A DNA stretch of 64,000 bases from Podospora anserina. Lineage: Eukaryota. The translations under genes and the position numbers were made by a program. Location of the stretch: the NCBI GenBank assembly GCA_017654855.1, contig CM030338.1, positions 2,728,001 to 2,792,000 of the forward strand, written 5' to 3'. The notes beneath the pieces are model-generated. The model searched no databases. It was not told the origin of the DNA and was given only the letters and a program-made list of their open reading frames with translations. This document shows, one piece after another, positions 11,521 through 25,900 of the stretch. Numbering within the stretch: the first letter of the stretch is position 1; every line of letters starts with the position of its first letter.

Positions 11521-13648
11521 ATGACACGCGTCCTCTGCGTGGCTGAAAAGCCCTCCATCGCCAAAGCAGTCGCCCAACACCTTTCCGGAGGCCAATATCA
11601 AACCGTACTTCCCCCCTCCCGTCTCACGCCACCCTTTGCTAACTTTCCATCAGGCGAACACCTCAGACAAATACACCAAAAACTACTCCTTCACCTTCAA
11701 CTTCGGCCCCGGCCTGGGCGACTCCAACGTAACCATGACCGCCGTCCGCGGCCACCTCACCACCGCCGAATTCCCCCCCACCTACAAATCCTGGTCCCAC
11801 CCACCCCCCGACTCCCTCTTCGACGCCCCCATCACCACCGTCACAACCCCCGACTGCAAAGCCATAGCCCGCAACATCGAAACCCTCGCCCGGTCCTCCT
11901 CCGTCCTCATCATCTGGACCGACTGCGACCGCGAGGGGGAGCACATCGGCTCCGAAATCCGCGACGCCGCGCTCAAGGGGAACAGGAACATCCAGGTCAG
12001 GCGAGCGCGGTTTTCAAACGTGGAGAGGGGGCACATACTCAGCGCGGCGAGGAGGTTGGTGGCGCTGGATCAGCGGCAGGTTGATGCCGTGGCGGCGAGG
12101 ATTGAGCTGGATTTGAGGATCGGGTTTGCTTTCACAAGGTTCTTGACGAATAACCTGCGGGGGTTGGGGGGTCCGATGGGGGAGTTGATGATCAGTTATG
12201 GGTCTTGTCAGTTTCCCACTCTGGGGTTTGTCGTCGATCGGTACTTTCGGGTCAAGAATTTTGTTCCCGAGGCGTTTTGGAGTATCAAGCTTGTTCACGA
12301 GAGGGAGGGGATGAAGGTGAGCTTTGGCTGGGCGCGGAATCGACTGTTTGATCGGGCGGCGGTGACGATTCTGTATGAACGCTGCCTGAGGGCGAGGGAG
12401 GCGGTGGTGAAAAAGGTTCAGGAGAAGCCCACCAAAAAGTGGAAGCCTCTCCCGCTTACGACGGTGGAATTACAAAAAATGGCGACGAGGTTTTTGAGGA
12501 TGACGGGTCAGCAGGCTATGACGGTGGCGGAGAAGCTGTACAACAAGGGGTTTATCTCTTATCCGAGGACGGAGACGGACAGGTTTGACAAGGGGATGAA
12601 CCTGAGGGGGTTGGTCGAGAAGCAGTTTCCTGATGGGAGGTGGGGGGCTTTCGCGAGGGAGTTGATTGAGGGGGGGAGGTTCAACCAGCCGAGGCAGGGG
12701 AAGAATGATGATAAGGCTCATCCGCCTATCCACCCTATCACCTGCGCGGCGCCGACGGTGCTGGATGAGCAGGAGAGAAAGGTGTATGAGTTGGTGGTGA
12801 GGAGGTTTTTGGCTTGTTGCTCGGATGATGCCAAGGGGATGGCGACGGATGTGGAGGTGGGGTATGGGGAGGAGATGTTTGCTGCGCATGGGGTTATTGT
12901 GCTGGAGAGGAATTATCTGGATGTGTACCCCTACGAAAACTGGACGGGGACGGCCATGTTGCCCAAGTTTGAGGTGGGGGAGAGGTTTGAGCCGACCGAG
13001 GCCATGATGACGGAGGGGAAGACGAGTCCGCCGAGTTACTTGACCGAGGCGGATCTGATTGCGTTGATGGATGCGAATGGGATTGGGACGGATGCCACGA
13101 TGGCGGAGCACATTGAGAAGATTCAGGAGAGGCAATATGTGGTTACGGTGCCGAGGGGGGGAGTGGGAGGAGCTGGTGGTGCCGAGGAAGATAATGAGCC
13201 TCCTCCTGCTGCTGGGCGAGGCCGTGGGAGAGGAAGGGGGAGGGGTGGCCGAGCTGCTCGTGGCGGGAGAGGAGGGGCGAGAGGCGGTGGTGCTGGGGGA
13301 GGAGGGGGTGGTGATGGTGTCAAGGAGTTTATCCCGACCAGTCTCGGAGTTGCCCTTATCATGGGTTTCGACAGGATGAGCTTCGAGATCAGTCTTGGGA
13401 AGCCGTTTCTACGAAAGGAGACGGAGCTCATGATGAAAGCCATCTGCGAGGGCAGGTCGACCAAGCAAGAGTTTCTGCAGAGCAACATACACCAGTACAG
13501 GACAGTATACCATCAGTCCTCGGCGGAGCTCAATACACTCAAAGCAGTGAGTTTGTTTACATTTACTTGATTTGATTTTAAGATTGACATACTGACACAC
13601 CCACAGGCCTGCAGACAATACGTCTTCAACAACGGCAACGGGCAATGA
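11521..13648 (+). CDS. top3: DNA topoisomerase III (type IA), 3 exons
   Basis: VLCVAEKPSIAK, WTDCDREGE, SYGSCQFPTLG, catalytic ISYPRTET, AHPPIHP, GIGTDAT; introns at about 11604-11653 and 13547-13606. Confidence 0.97.
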
Positions 13649-14150
13649 ACGATCAACATATCCCCTCCCGAGTATATCAGAGGCTGGTCACACAGAACAG
13701 CACTGCACGAATTCCCTCACCTATACACCCTCACGTATAGTAAGTACAACAACCCTCTCAAACCACTCACAACACGCCCCCAACCTGAAACAAATGTCCC
13801 CGCCCTCTCTAACCAACGAGAACAAAAGCACCAGCAACAGTGCATCCTATCAACAACACCACATTTTGCCTGCCGTGAAATGGCGGGCGGGATTTACCTG
13901 CATGTCGCTGGTGCGCGGGTGTGGACCATCACGAGCTCCCCCCTTCCCCTTCCCCTCCCCCATCAATTCCTCGGCCGCGGCGGAATTGGGGGTGCTATTT
14001 CCCCCCTCCTTCCGATAACCGGATGTCCGGGGGTTGGTAAAAAGACCATGGCTTTTTTTCTTTGACACTCCCGTTCCGTTTTCCGGGCCCCGGTTCGTTG
14101 CAGTAAAAGCAAGCAGCCAGAGAGGTGTGTGTTTGTGTCACAATTGGTTG

Positions 14151-14153
<3 letters not shown>

Positions 14154-14196
<43 letters not shown>

Positions 14197-14202
14197 GTGT
14201 GT
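14154..14202. repeat. (GT)n microsatellite
   Basis: Visible run. Confidence 0.95.
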
Positions 14203-17052
14203 ATGTAGAAGTGGTGCAACAAACATGTGGGAGCGGGTTACACGCGCAAAAAACTACAACAACTACATAAGGTTATCTAGTTGAACCGGCGGAAAAGGGG
14301 GAGCCCGGAAGGTACAGGAGGTTGAGGAGAGCCGAACTATACTAGAGGATAGGTAGTCAATCCACACAATGAATCTCATAATCATTGTGAAAGCTATCGA
14401 TGATGATGATGATGGCCGCCGTCTGTTCGGGTCGGACCAGCGGCGGGGTTTCTCGGCCAGTGAACCTTGACGGGTCGTTCGGTTGGTGGATTCCATTCCC
14501 CCCTCGTGGGTGTGAGCCGTGTGGTTCCGTGCCTACCCCATGTCTAGCGCCGCAAATCCGTACTGTACGCCCATGATAGTGGACTCCCACACACAGTCTG
14601 GGTCACTTGGAGGTTTTGGAAGGGATTGTTTCTTGGAAGTTGTGGTTGTACCACCATGAATGATGTGCCATGTGCGTATGTATGGAAAGAGGGGAAGATA
14701 GAAAAATAGGGCACACAAAAACTGATAGGGTAGGCACAAAAATCGGCATATGATACAGAAAGCTACACAGGGCACAAGCAAAAAACGTGGGGAACTAGGA
14801 CTGGCTTGTCTTGAGACAAAATAAAAACCTGGGGCAACCACTCGGGCTGTGGTGGCTTCTCTTCAGCAAAGCATCCACCACGCTTTGGTGATCCGGGGGT
14901 GGCAAAGACCTGTCATGAGCCCCCAACCTCGAAACGACTCGTAACGAGAAGAGGCGAAGCTCCCGTCGAGGTTGATGGTGGTTGTTGGAGCCCGGGTAGT
15001 CCTGTCCTGGGGAGTTTTCTGTGGTTTGTATCAGCTTACTTGATATAATGCCTTGAGAGTGAGAGCAGCAGGTGTTAGTGAACCAGATGACCTGCCCCAC
15101 TGCCCACTCGGATTAGCCCTCTTATAGACGAGCCAATCAGAGCGGTTGGCCTGGCCAATGTGCTTTCTTCATTGGGGCTTGACTGAAGTAGACATGTTAG
15201 TGTACATAAAAGACAAAGAGAAGACGGGTGTAATCGGAATGTGACCTTCATCATGATGGACCGTCATCACGATGAAGAGACTGGTCCTGACGATCATCTC
15301 TCTCGGTTGTATTTTCAAGCCTCCCACAAGGAGAGAGCCGAGACGGAGATGGGATGGCTGAAAGAAAACAGATCACCGGATGATGTCTTTTGGGCCATAC
15401 ACAAAGAAAAGGTGGTGTGGGTGTTAATCTGGGGAAATCGCTCGCCCTGACAGGAAAAGCAAAAGGCAAGAAAGCGGGGGTCAGCAGCAATGGCCGTTAT
15501 CGCTTGCCGGTCGGTATCATCGAAGGAGAGGGAACTGGAATGTGCTGCATGGCCATGCTGCTGCTGGCTGGATGGATGGAGATGGATTGAAAAGGCCTAT
15601 CACTATCAGCAGCATGACACACGGGGGGGTGAGGGGCCAGAAGGGGGGGGTGCTCTAGATAAGGGCACATGGGCTGGGGGTCAACTTCCAATTGGGGGCT
15701 GGGATTGGAGCTCTTGTTGCTGAAGAAAGTGCCAGAGTTGCCTGTGCTGCATTGAAGCACGAGGCGGCGTTAGTGGACAGAGAATACGGACGAAGAGAGA
15801 AAAGGGTAAAAATGGCGCTGCCTGGCAGACGAACAAGTCGTCATCAAACGTCCAGACCATCCAGGGAACTGGGTTTCCCGTCCTTCCTTTCTTCCCTGTT
15901 GATGCGACCTTTTGAAGGGCAAACATTTCGCACTGTGCACTTACACAACCCACTGGGAAATGCCTCCACCCATTTCGACGTGTGATGATAACCAAGATCC
16001 ACGATTGACGACCTGGTCCTTATCGTCGCAAAACCCTAAATGTTTGTGGGCGCGCACATCCATTCGGGAGATTGTCAATTCAGGGTTTGTTTGGGTGGAG
16101 GCTCAAACTAATTAAACGTCGCGATATTGAGAATAACAGCACAACACTGTAGCCAGGAAATGAGACAGAGAATGGGGATATGAAAACAGTTGCCTCAGAT
16201 TCCGAGAAATGATGACAGAGAGAAAGCTGGGCAAAGGTGGCACGGGGCAGAGCAGACTGGCCTCCCTCTCGCTCTCTCCCTCTCTCTCTCTCGAGACACA
16301 CCTATTTTTGTGTGATGATTTCGCTGTGTGCACGCCTCCCGCTCTCAAATCAGTGACAAGCCACTTGCCCGTCTTTGGCACCCTGGTCTGATGTACGGTG
16401 TGTGTACCCCGTGCCCGCCGTGAGTCGTCACTCGTCAGCGCCAGGGTGCTGCTCTCGGTACCTACCAAGGTACCGCTACCAGGGCAAGACACACCCTCTG
16501 GACTCGCCGGCCTGTCCAACAAGGCTTGGTTTATATTAGCATGGCCTGTCCACGATTCCTGCCGCTGACCCTTCTCTTGGTCTCGACAAAGCAACAACAT
16601 CGCGACCAACTAAACCACGACGACATCAAGTCTTACAAGAGAGAATCCTTCTCTTGTCACAGAAGATCATCGCCAGCAGCATCTGCCGAATAGCCCAGCC
16701 AACACCTCTTTTGCCCGACAAGACACGAACCGTCTTCCCCCGGTCAAAGAGTAACAAAGCTGCCCATATCAACTTGCTCCGGTCCTTTGGTGAGTGTGAC
16801 TCAGTTCTCAGTCTTCAGTCCTCAGTTTCCTTGTTGTCGCCAACCTGGGCACACACAACGCGACACTTCTTTATGCTTGTAAACAAACAAGCGAGCGAGC
16901 AAGAGAGATCGATGGTTATCGCTGTTGCCCATCATTACCCCTTCCCGGCCCGTCGCACCGTGTCTGGCTCCATCAGAAACACCTCTGCTAACACACGGCC
17001 TGCGGCACTTTGAAGAAACGGCTCGAAGCAACTCAACACCCAGAAGTGTCAA

Positions 17053-18199
17053 TATGGCGACCATGGCTACTGCTGCTCGCGATATCGCGACGACCTCCTC
17101 CCCCTCTCCCGGCCGAGACAACTTAACTGCTGTAGCGGCCGCCCGGAGTGTCCCTGTGACGACCCATCCGAACAACCTGCCGACTCCCCCCAACTCGATA
17201 TCTCCCAACCTGCCTCCGGTAGGCCTTCGCGCCCACCTGATGAGGGCGGGCGTCGAGCCCTCGGTCGACTCCGACCTGGAACTGCACGACCGCGACGCTC
17301 ACGACGATGAGCACTCCGGTCCGGGATCGCCCCCGTACGACTCGGCCGGAGCCATCACGTCAGCAATGCTGGCCAACTGCCACCTGCCCGAGATCCTGCT
17401 GGGTCAGGGCCCGTTGCCGATTCGCCACATTATGGGTTATCTGACCACCACGGTCCCCGGCTTCGCGGGCATCCCGCCTGCCAAAGCCCGGAGGCTGGTT
17501 GTGGCCGCGCTAGAGGGAAAGGGAAACGGTGGCGTGGGCAGCGGCCCGGATGGTGACGTAGAGTTTATCAAGGTGGGCTGGGGACGGTGGCATGCGAAGC
17601 GGAGGGGCCAGGGCAGCAGAGCTACAGCTGCCGCCTACGACCCTCCCTCGCGCCGCACGTCGCCCGGCGGGAGCTCCTACCCGACAAGCATCCCTATCAA
17701 CAAGGGCGGCCCCGGGTGGCACCACTTGGACCGGTCTCGACTCGCAGCCATGCTCGGGACGAGCGCCGGCGGCGCCTCATCAGCAGCCTTCTCTCATGAC
17801 GACCGTCTCAACGAGGACCGGTTCATGAACATGATGGACCACGAGGCCGACAAAATGTCGCTCGACGGATCCGGATCCGCATCGTGCTCCGAGGCGCCCG
17901 ATGAGGACTTTCCCATGGACCGCGACGACCCCGAGGACGCAACCGACGACGAGGACTGGGCAGCCGTCGGTGCGGCGGCGCTTCGAGCGTCATCCTATCA
18001 GGCCCAGTCCGACAACCAAAGACACCTCTCCCCTTTCAACAACGTATATTCTTCCAGCATGCGCTCCTTCTCCGGCGGCATGGCGCGGCCACCTCAGCTC
18101 AACTTCAAGATCCCACCATCGGGCTTGGCGGGAGTCATGGTGACCGACGCACAGGAGCGCGACGCCGTGGAGGCTCTTCTTCAGCTTGGATCTGTCTAA
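17053..18199 (+). CDS. stb3: Sin3-binding protein Stb3 homolog
   Basis: LPEILLGQGPLPIRHIMGYLTTTVPGFAGIPPAKARRLVVAALE, F.KVGWGRW, TDDEDW and terminal AVEALLQL are typical of Stb3. Confidence 0.85.
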
Positions 18200-21100
18200 T
18201 AGCATCTTTTATCTGCATATATGGCTCGGCGTTTTCAACAAGTGGGCGGGGCAAGCATCATCATCATCATATCACATCTTCACTCATATCACGAACACAA
18301 ACCAACCATTCGACAAACAAACCACAATACATATACATGCAATTCCCTGTCGTTTGGTTGGCGAGTTGTTCTGGGAAGTGGGGCAGGGGGAGTAGGGTTT
18401 GTTTCACTTCTTTTCTCAGGGCGCCGGAGGCTTTGGTAATACCTTTTTTTATTCATTAAAGCCTGGATGTTGTGCACCAGGAAACATTTATAATTCATGG
18501 TTCTCAGGTGGTAAAAAAAAGAGAAGGGATGACACATGGAATGAACTTTGATATCTTTGGGCTTTTTTTGGGGGGGATTGGGGAAGGTAAACATGGAATC
18601 GGGGAAGCAAAACATCAGGCATGGCAATTCTCTCGAATTTCCTTTCTTCCGCGAACACAATCAAAACCCACACAACACACTATCTACTACAACACACTTT
18701 ACACAGCATATTCTTTTCTCTGCTCACATTGTTGGGGTTAGGTTTTTTTGTTTTTTCTCCCTTCTTCCTTTCACGATGGGGGGGCGTTTCCGGTTATTTT
18801 CGGCGCTGGACGACAGGGGCTGGGAACATTTGCAACAACGCACTTTCTTCATCACACAACTCTCAACTCCATTATTGCAACACGCTTGCTTCACTTTATC
18901 ACACCGCTGCTGCGGGACGGGACGGCGGGGAGGGGGGGGCTAAGGACAACACATCAACAACACCACCAAACACAATCCACAATTGGGCATTGTTTTTCTT
19001 TGTGCCATCTCGATTTCTTTCTTTCTTTTTCGTTCTGCTGCTGCGTGGTTGGTTTGTTGACAAGGGGGCATCTTTTTTTTAATAGCGGTCACCGACTTTC
19101 TGGATTGACACTTGACAGGGGGGAAAGTGCACCCAAGCTTCGGATCGTCAAGCCGAGAAAGGAATGGTGTTTCTCCACAAGCCTCAAAAGGGGGTGGGGG
19201 GGGGGGAGTGGTGGTTTTGACGGCGGCACGACCCGCCAATAACACTAGCCCTCTTTTTTTTCTGGGGCGGGCGGGTATGGAGTTCCGGTGAGCTGGCACT
19301 GGGGCGGGCCAGCGAGATTCTACGCAAATGCACGATGGCACCTTGGGGGGAAAGATGATCTAAGGCATTGAGACCTGAGGGGAGCTAAAGACGGGCACCA
19401 GGCACAGGCACAGAAAAGAAAGAAAGAAAGCGAGAATTGTTGGACCGAGAGAAACCGAGCTTGTTGATGGGCGTGATTGGACCGACTGATTTGAAGGCTT
19501 GATCAAAGGGGGCAATTTGACTGATTGATGTGATTATTGTGGTTTTGGTGTTTTGTGGGCTCTTTGTTTTGTTCTGTGGCACTGCGTGTTGGTGATGGTG
19601 AAAGTGGTTACGTGCATATACATGCATATATATATATATATGTTTCTTTTATGAGAAGCTGGGGGTTTTGACATTGAGGTTGGTTTAGGATGTTTTTAAT
19701 TATGAGGCATGATGGAATGAGTGAAAGCGGAGAGAGAGAGACTGGGGGATTACTGATACTTGGACCTTGAGCCCTTGGTTTTGTTTGCTACAACCAGGAC
19801 CTTACTTACACTCTGTTTGGGGATATATACCACAGAAGCTTAGCTATACCTCGCGTGCTCGGTCACAAAGACAACAACAACAACTAGAACAAGAAAAAAG
19901 AACAAAATACCAAAAGACAAATAAAGCATATTACATGTCGCACGATTTTTCTCTTATCTGTTGTTGTGGATGATAGCAGAGTTCCAGCGAACAATTCTCC
20001 CGTAGGACCGGTACCGGAAATCAAAAGCCGGTCCCGGACTGCCGGACGGAGGGGGGGCGGGTACCGGGGGAGCCGGGGCGGGTCAGCCGGGCCCAGGCAA
20101 AACTCCAGCTCAACAAACATTCTTGGCTTTTCGCTTGTCTGGTGGGTAGGGTTTCGGGATATTTGTGGACTTTTGTGGAGGAGGAAGATCCACTGAGTTG
20201 TGGAGGTGGGTGGATGTATTGGGCGAGATCCTCGATCGGGATCGACGTTTTCAATGAGCTGGGAATGATCAACGGCTTTTTCTTGACGGTTCAAGATTTT
20301 GTATGCACAGGTAACTCACCTACGCAACATTGTGTGAGATTGACCTTGGGGAGAGAGAAGTGGTTTAACCCACCTCATGAAGTGGCAGATCGAGAGGAAC
20401 GGCAGATACAGGATGTTCAAAGATCTCGATTTCGAGATCCGTAGTGGAGAGGACATTGTGGAGGAGCTCGCAACAACACTGTGTGGAAACATTGTGGGGG
20501 GATGAAGGTGTGTGTTATCAGATTATGCTGGCATCTGCTGATGTGATGTGTTTACACATGGCATGACGCGGGGACAAAGCGGGCTTCGGTTTCAATACCT
20601 CTTCAAAATATTTGTGTGTGAAATTCGCCCAGGGGGAAAAACCCTAACTTCCCCAACCTGGAGACGAGAAAAAAGGGGGGTGGGCGACGGGTTTTGATAC
20701 CATCGCCATGCTCTCTGGCAGTCCTAAATAGGAATGAGAGAGGATGGTACAAGGTATAAGAACCTTGGAAGAGAGTCTGGGGTGGGAGAAAGTGACATAG
20801 TAGGTGGGATGGGGATGGCATGGGAAAAATTAAGATGGTGGTGCTCGAAACTACCCATCCACAAGTTCAGTTCATATGGGGTGGTGGTTGTAAATGGGAG
20901 AGTTGAAAAAAGAATATCAAGTGCGGTTTATGTGGATCGAACACATGACCTTCAGATTTGTTGATTGAAGTGGACTTCAGTCTGACGCTCTCCCAACTGA
21001 GCTAAACCCGCTTTTTATGATGGTGTTGGGGGAGGGAATAGTGTATGAGGGTATTGTCAGCTTCATCAAGTTGCACAAACAAAGCGCTCCTTTGCTTGCT

Positions 21101-21563
21101 TCTCAAGTCTCAACATGCAGCTGTGTTTGGGTTCACCCTCCAGCCAAATACTCACTGTGTCAACAACACCTCAAGTGATTGTTGATTTGAGCTTTGTTTT
21201 ATTATTAGAGGAGAGTTCCCCGATCAAACCATGACCTCTCTACACACCACCTTAGCAATAAAAATACAGCTCTTCCTCATACAACATAACCCCCCTTTCT
21301 CTCCTACTCCAGATCATAACCATCCATCCACCCACCCAACCGACCAGCAGCACCAATGCTTCCTTGTCCACCAACCAACAAAACCATGAAAACCAAAGTG
21401 CCGTAACGCCAATGCTATGATGCACACACACCACCCTCTTATGCACCCTCCGAAACGCAAGATATCTTTTTGGTACAGTCAACCACACCAATCCCACCAT
21501 TTTCCCTCGTACCCCTTCCATCCCCTTTTGCTATCCCCCCAATTCACCACAACTCTCACGCCC

Positions 21564-21939
21564 CTACGAAGAAGTAGTCTTCTCCAAAAACTCCTTCGCC
21601 TCATTCACCTTGGTCGCCAAGTACGGACTCCCCCCGCGATCAGGATGGTTGAGCAGCATCAGCGTCCTGTGCGCCTTCCTGACCTTGTCCTTTGTGATGG
21701 AGCTCTCCTGAAGCGACAGGATCAGCGCCGCCTCGCGCTTGTTCATCCTGGGCTCGAAGCCGCCCTTGTAAAAGGCTTTGCCGAGGGCGCCGACGCCGCC
21801 GCGGGAGCGACGCCAGGCTACGAGGCCTGCTCTGCCCTATACCGGGAAATTAGCGAGGTGTTTTGCGATAGATATAGATAGAGGGACATACGAGGAAGGC
21901 AGCAACTGCTACTCCTGCGCCGATGGCTACTGCGGACAT
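21564..21939 (-). CDS. pam18: Mitochondrial import J-protein Pam18/Tim14, 2 exons; an in-frame upstream ATG at 22005 could add 22 aa
   Basis: [18 protein letters not shown]...[19 protein letters not shown]; intron 21891-21837. Confidence 0.95.
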
Positions 21940-22346
21940 TTCGGATTCGGGTTTGCGGGTTTGTTGAGACGAGGTTTGGGGTGTCTGCGCGGGGGCTTTG
22001 GACATGTAGCGGTTGGAATGCGACAAGCGGATATTACTTTCGCGCGTTGTGGTGGTGGCGGTGGTTGTCGTCGTCGGGTGGTGCGATGTGGTGGACGGTG
22101 ACGATGATGACGGCAAGCAATGGAATCAACTTTTTTGACCGGGGGTTTGCGATTTGCGGAAAGTCGCAGAAGTCGGGATTTGCCGCCCGCTTGCCGGCCG
22201 GTGACTGGCTGAATTTTTTACAATGTTACGGGTATTTCACTGAAACAATGCAATAAAAAGCGGGGATGGACGGGTTCTCGGCATTTTGACACATGCTTCC
22301 CATTACCGTAACTTTGCGAGTATTAGGACATCACAACTGAAACTCA

Positions 22347-22900
22347 TCACTCCTCCGGCCCAGGCCTATGGTATGCCCCCGGCGGCTTGCCCAGCTGATC
22401 TTCGACTTCCTTCAACACCTTCATCTCCATCTCCTCCTCCGCCAACTTTTTCCGCTGCTCGTCTTCCGGCGTCGGCAAGTCCGCCCCTGGGATGGCAGCC
22501 GCTCCGTAATTACCTGCCCCACCACGGCCAGTCCCGCCGGTCTTTTGACGGGCTGCTATGCTTGCGGCGACGGCCTTTTTGGTGCGCTCCGCGTCTTCGG
22601 ACTGCTGCTTGGCCGAGGCAGCCGTGTCTGCTGCGCCGTAGAAGTTGCCGGCTCCTCCTCTGCCGCCGCGGGAATAGGGGACGGGGGCGGGTTGTTGCTG
22701 GATGGTGGTGGCAGTCTTGGTGAGGTCGGCTTGGGCTTCGAGGTCCTTTGTGGTGTTAGTGCAAGTACAAATATGACAAACTAGGAGTGATAACTCACAG
22801 CAGAAGCCTCCGAAGCCTTCTGGACATCCTCTATATCCTTCTTGCTGTAATAGTTGCCAGCCCCACCACGGCCCGTACGGCGAAATACGTCGTCGGACAT
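22347..22900 (-). CDS. DUF3602/Par32-like protein with three GRGGAGN motifs, 2 exons
   Basis: MSDDVFRRTGRGGAGNYY, GGRGGAGNFY and GTGRGGAGNY; intron at about 22798-22747. Confidence 0.85.
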
Positions 22901-25900
22901 GTTGCAAGATCAGCAACAATTGAGAACTCAAAAAATGGGGTTTATTCTAGGCCAATTGATACACTAGGTTTGAGATGTAAGAGTCAAGAGTTTCATTCCC
23001 ATGAGCTGAAAAAAAGGGGGCAAAAGGTAAGTGAGCTTCAGGCGTAGTAGGTAGTCCCTTCCCTTATCCCTCTTATCAGTTACACCCCTCACTTTTGAGA
23101 CTCCTTATCGCAAGTCACCTCATTCATTCACTCATGAAATTCAACTGCCAAGCTGATATCCCACCTCTTGGAGGTTGATCACCTCACTGGGCGTACGTAT
23201 TCTTACTCGACGCCACAATTTGGATTTTGGAAGGAGCACATGATGAAGAAGAGGGAAAATTGTGAGATCTGAGTTGGTTATGCATAGGTGGCTGAGGGAA
23301 TTTGGGTTGAGGTGGTGTGTGAATGTCGTGGTGTTCACACAAGGCTGGGGGAAAAAAAGAATATGTCTGCCGAAGACGGACGGATGGGATATGCCTTAGT
23401 TTTCCAAAGTCGCTCATACAAGACCGAATGGAGCAAAAGAATTCCAGTGTCACTTGTGTATACGTGCTGTTTCCGTGAATAGGAAGGTCATTTCAAATCC
23501 ATCGGAGAAGCCCGGCTCGTGAAAAGCTGAGGAGGGGGCAGTGTTCCATAATTCCCCAATCCCCAAAGTCTTCCCAAACTCAAGCCACACATCATGAACC
23601 ACACCCTCCGTTCACCGGGACCTTTGATATATCAATTGTGGCAAACGCAGGTGTCAACACACAACTAGTCTGTTATTGTCCTCAGTTTTCCAAACCATCT
23701 TATTTTAGGAACCCTCCGTCACGGAGAGAATTCCAGCTTTTAGATTTTCTCCTAATGCAAGGACCACCGGAATCGCCGGCCAAGCTATAAAACCCATCCG
23801 GAAAGCCAAAAAAAAGGTCTCATTCCCAACCACGGTATCGGTAATTTTCCAGAAACACACCTTTTCCTGTCGCGTGGCAGGTATGTTAGTCAGGTACAGG
23901 GACCGTCGTGTCGTCAGCCCTGAAAAAAAGGATGAGCTAGTGTTTGCCTACATGCATGCTGACTTACGGCATGAAATCAATGGCGACATCATCATCCCTT
24001 CACAGGAACGCTGGTACCTGTCGTTGTTGTTTACGTGTATGTCTCTATATGTTAGTGTTGCTATTTTCTACCTCATCCCCACAAATGATATTCCCTGCCC
24101 ATATGCCTCGCTTCTTCCAGCCGAGTGAGCTACAGAAAACACCCGAGCCGACCGATCGATCGATCACCCTCCGGAGCCGGTCAATCCCTGGGTGTAATAG
24201 AACCGCAACCTTGCTAGGTGCCGTTGCTGGTTTTTCGAAAACCGTTTGAAAATCCGGGAGTCTCGGTAATAGAAGGAAAAAAAGAAAGAAAAAAAGCGGT
24301 TCGTTCCTGGTGATGATTCCAATGCCACCCATCTTCCAACTTTTACCGTGTACATAGTACTAGTGTACCTATACAGTGCCAATTCATAGGGATTATTCCG
24401 TCCTACCCAAAAGAGAAGGCAGCTGTCGTGGCTGTCGAAAAGAAAAAGTCAGGTGGCCGCTTTTCTCAACGTCATTTGCCCCTCGTCTTCCATGGCACTG
24501 CACACACTTTTCTCTAAACGGGTGGGAGTGAGTGAGTGAGGATGGTGTCCTGCGCCATGTCACCCGAGGCTACATGAATAGGCATGCGGCTGGCTTTAAA
24601 AAAATAAAATAAAAAAAAAAGGACAACATATGCCTCCTTACCTCAGCAGGGGGTTTTGGTCTCACAAGGTATTCGGATTCTAGAAGTGTGGGTGTCAGAC
24701 TAAACAAGAGGTGGTGGTACACATCGGGTCTTCATGCTTAAATGCGCCCTGTGGTACCGGGCAAGGGAGATGTTGTTAGACTTGTTTGATGGCCAGGTTA
24801 TTAGGGTTTGCTGTGATGGCCATTGTTTTTGTTGCGGCGAATGCCCTTGTCTGCTTCTTTGAAACGCAACGGCAACTCCTCCTGTCTGGTCACTCTGATG
24901 AACCGGCACTCGGTTTCTGCCTGTCCGGCAGAAATGAAAGGCCCTGGCTTGTTAGCAACAAAGAAGATACATCACAATCCGACGTAGCAATCCCCATGTT
25001 GTGACCGACAAATATGTGCCTGAAAGAGAGCCCGATGACAAGGGCAGGCAAGCAAGGGCAGACGACCGAGTGATGAGATCTCGAGCCACGTTGTGTGGCT
25101 TGCCAGTGGTCTGGCAAAGGAAATCTCTTTGGTTCCAGCTCCGTGCCGTCTTCTGAGGATAAAAATTTTCTTATTCGGAGATTCGACTTGTCAGCAAGCA
25201 AAAAAGTCAATGGTTGGTCTCGGATTGGCGTCGTCTAAGAGCGAGGTAGCAGTGATGCCGTCCAACTGCTTTGGTGAGGCGGCGTAGATAGTGGGGACAT
25301 TGTGTTAGGTGAAGCTGCATGTAGAGCTATGTACACACACTACTAGCCTTGGAGGAAAAAAAAGTGTGGAAAGCTTGGCACGCACGAAGGCCAGTCTGGC
25401 CCGTCTTTGTTTCCCCTTGATCCACGACCCGGTGATCTCGACGATTGGCCGGTATGTGCCTATTTTCCAGGACTGTGGGACACTCTCGACGACAGCGACT
25501 CGAGCCCTGTCAAAGAACAAGAACCGAATCGGGTGAAAGAGGGGGTTGCGTGCTCCGAGGTTATTGGTCAAGCGGCTGGTGTTGTGTCGGGAGTGGATGT
25601 GCGGAGTGCTGAAAGGACTCGAGCTCGCTTTGCTCTTGCTTAAGATACTCCGCAGGATATATAGATACCGGTAGGTACGTATGTACCTGTAGGCCTGCCT
25701 GGATTATAAGTGGTGGTGGTCAATTGGTGAGCCGAGAATGGGGACTGATATCCCCCTTCATTCTGTCAAAGTCAATTGGTGTCGTTTCAACTGACAAGTC
25801 CCTACCTTATGCCTCAAATATGTTTTCTTCCAGTGAGGGGCATGGATGTCTGTTCCTGGTGCGCCAGTTCCTTGAGTTGAAGCTGGTGTGCTGCATGAAC

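Noticed and set aside
16312..16391. Box C/D snoRNA-like GTGATGA...CTGA
   Set aside because: No terminal stem or recognisable rRNA guide.
24160..24330. Short repeats (GTAATAGAA x2, GAACCGC/GCGGTTC) and GGTTCG suggesting tRNA or ncRNA
   Set aside because: No cloverleaf or extended helix; the matches are too short.
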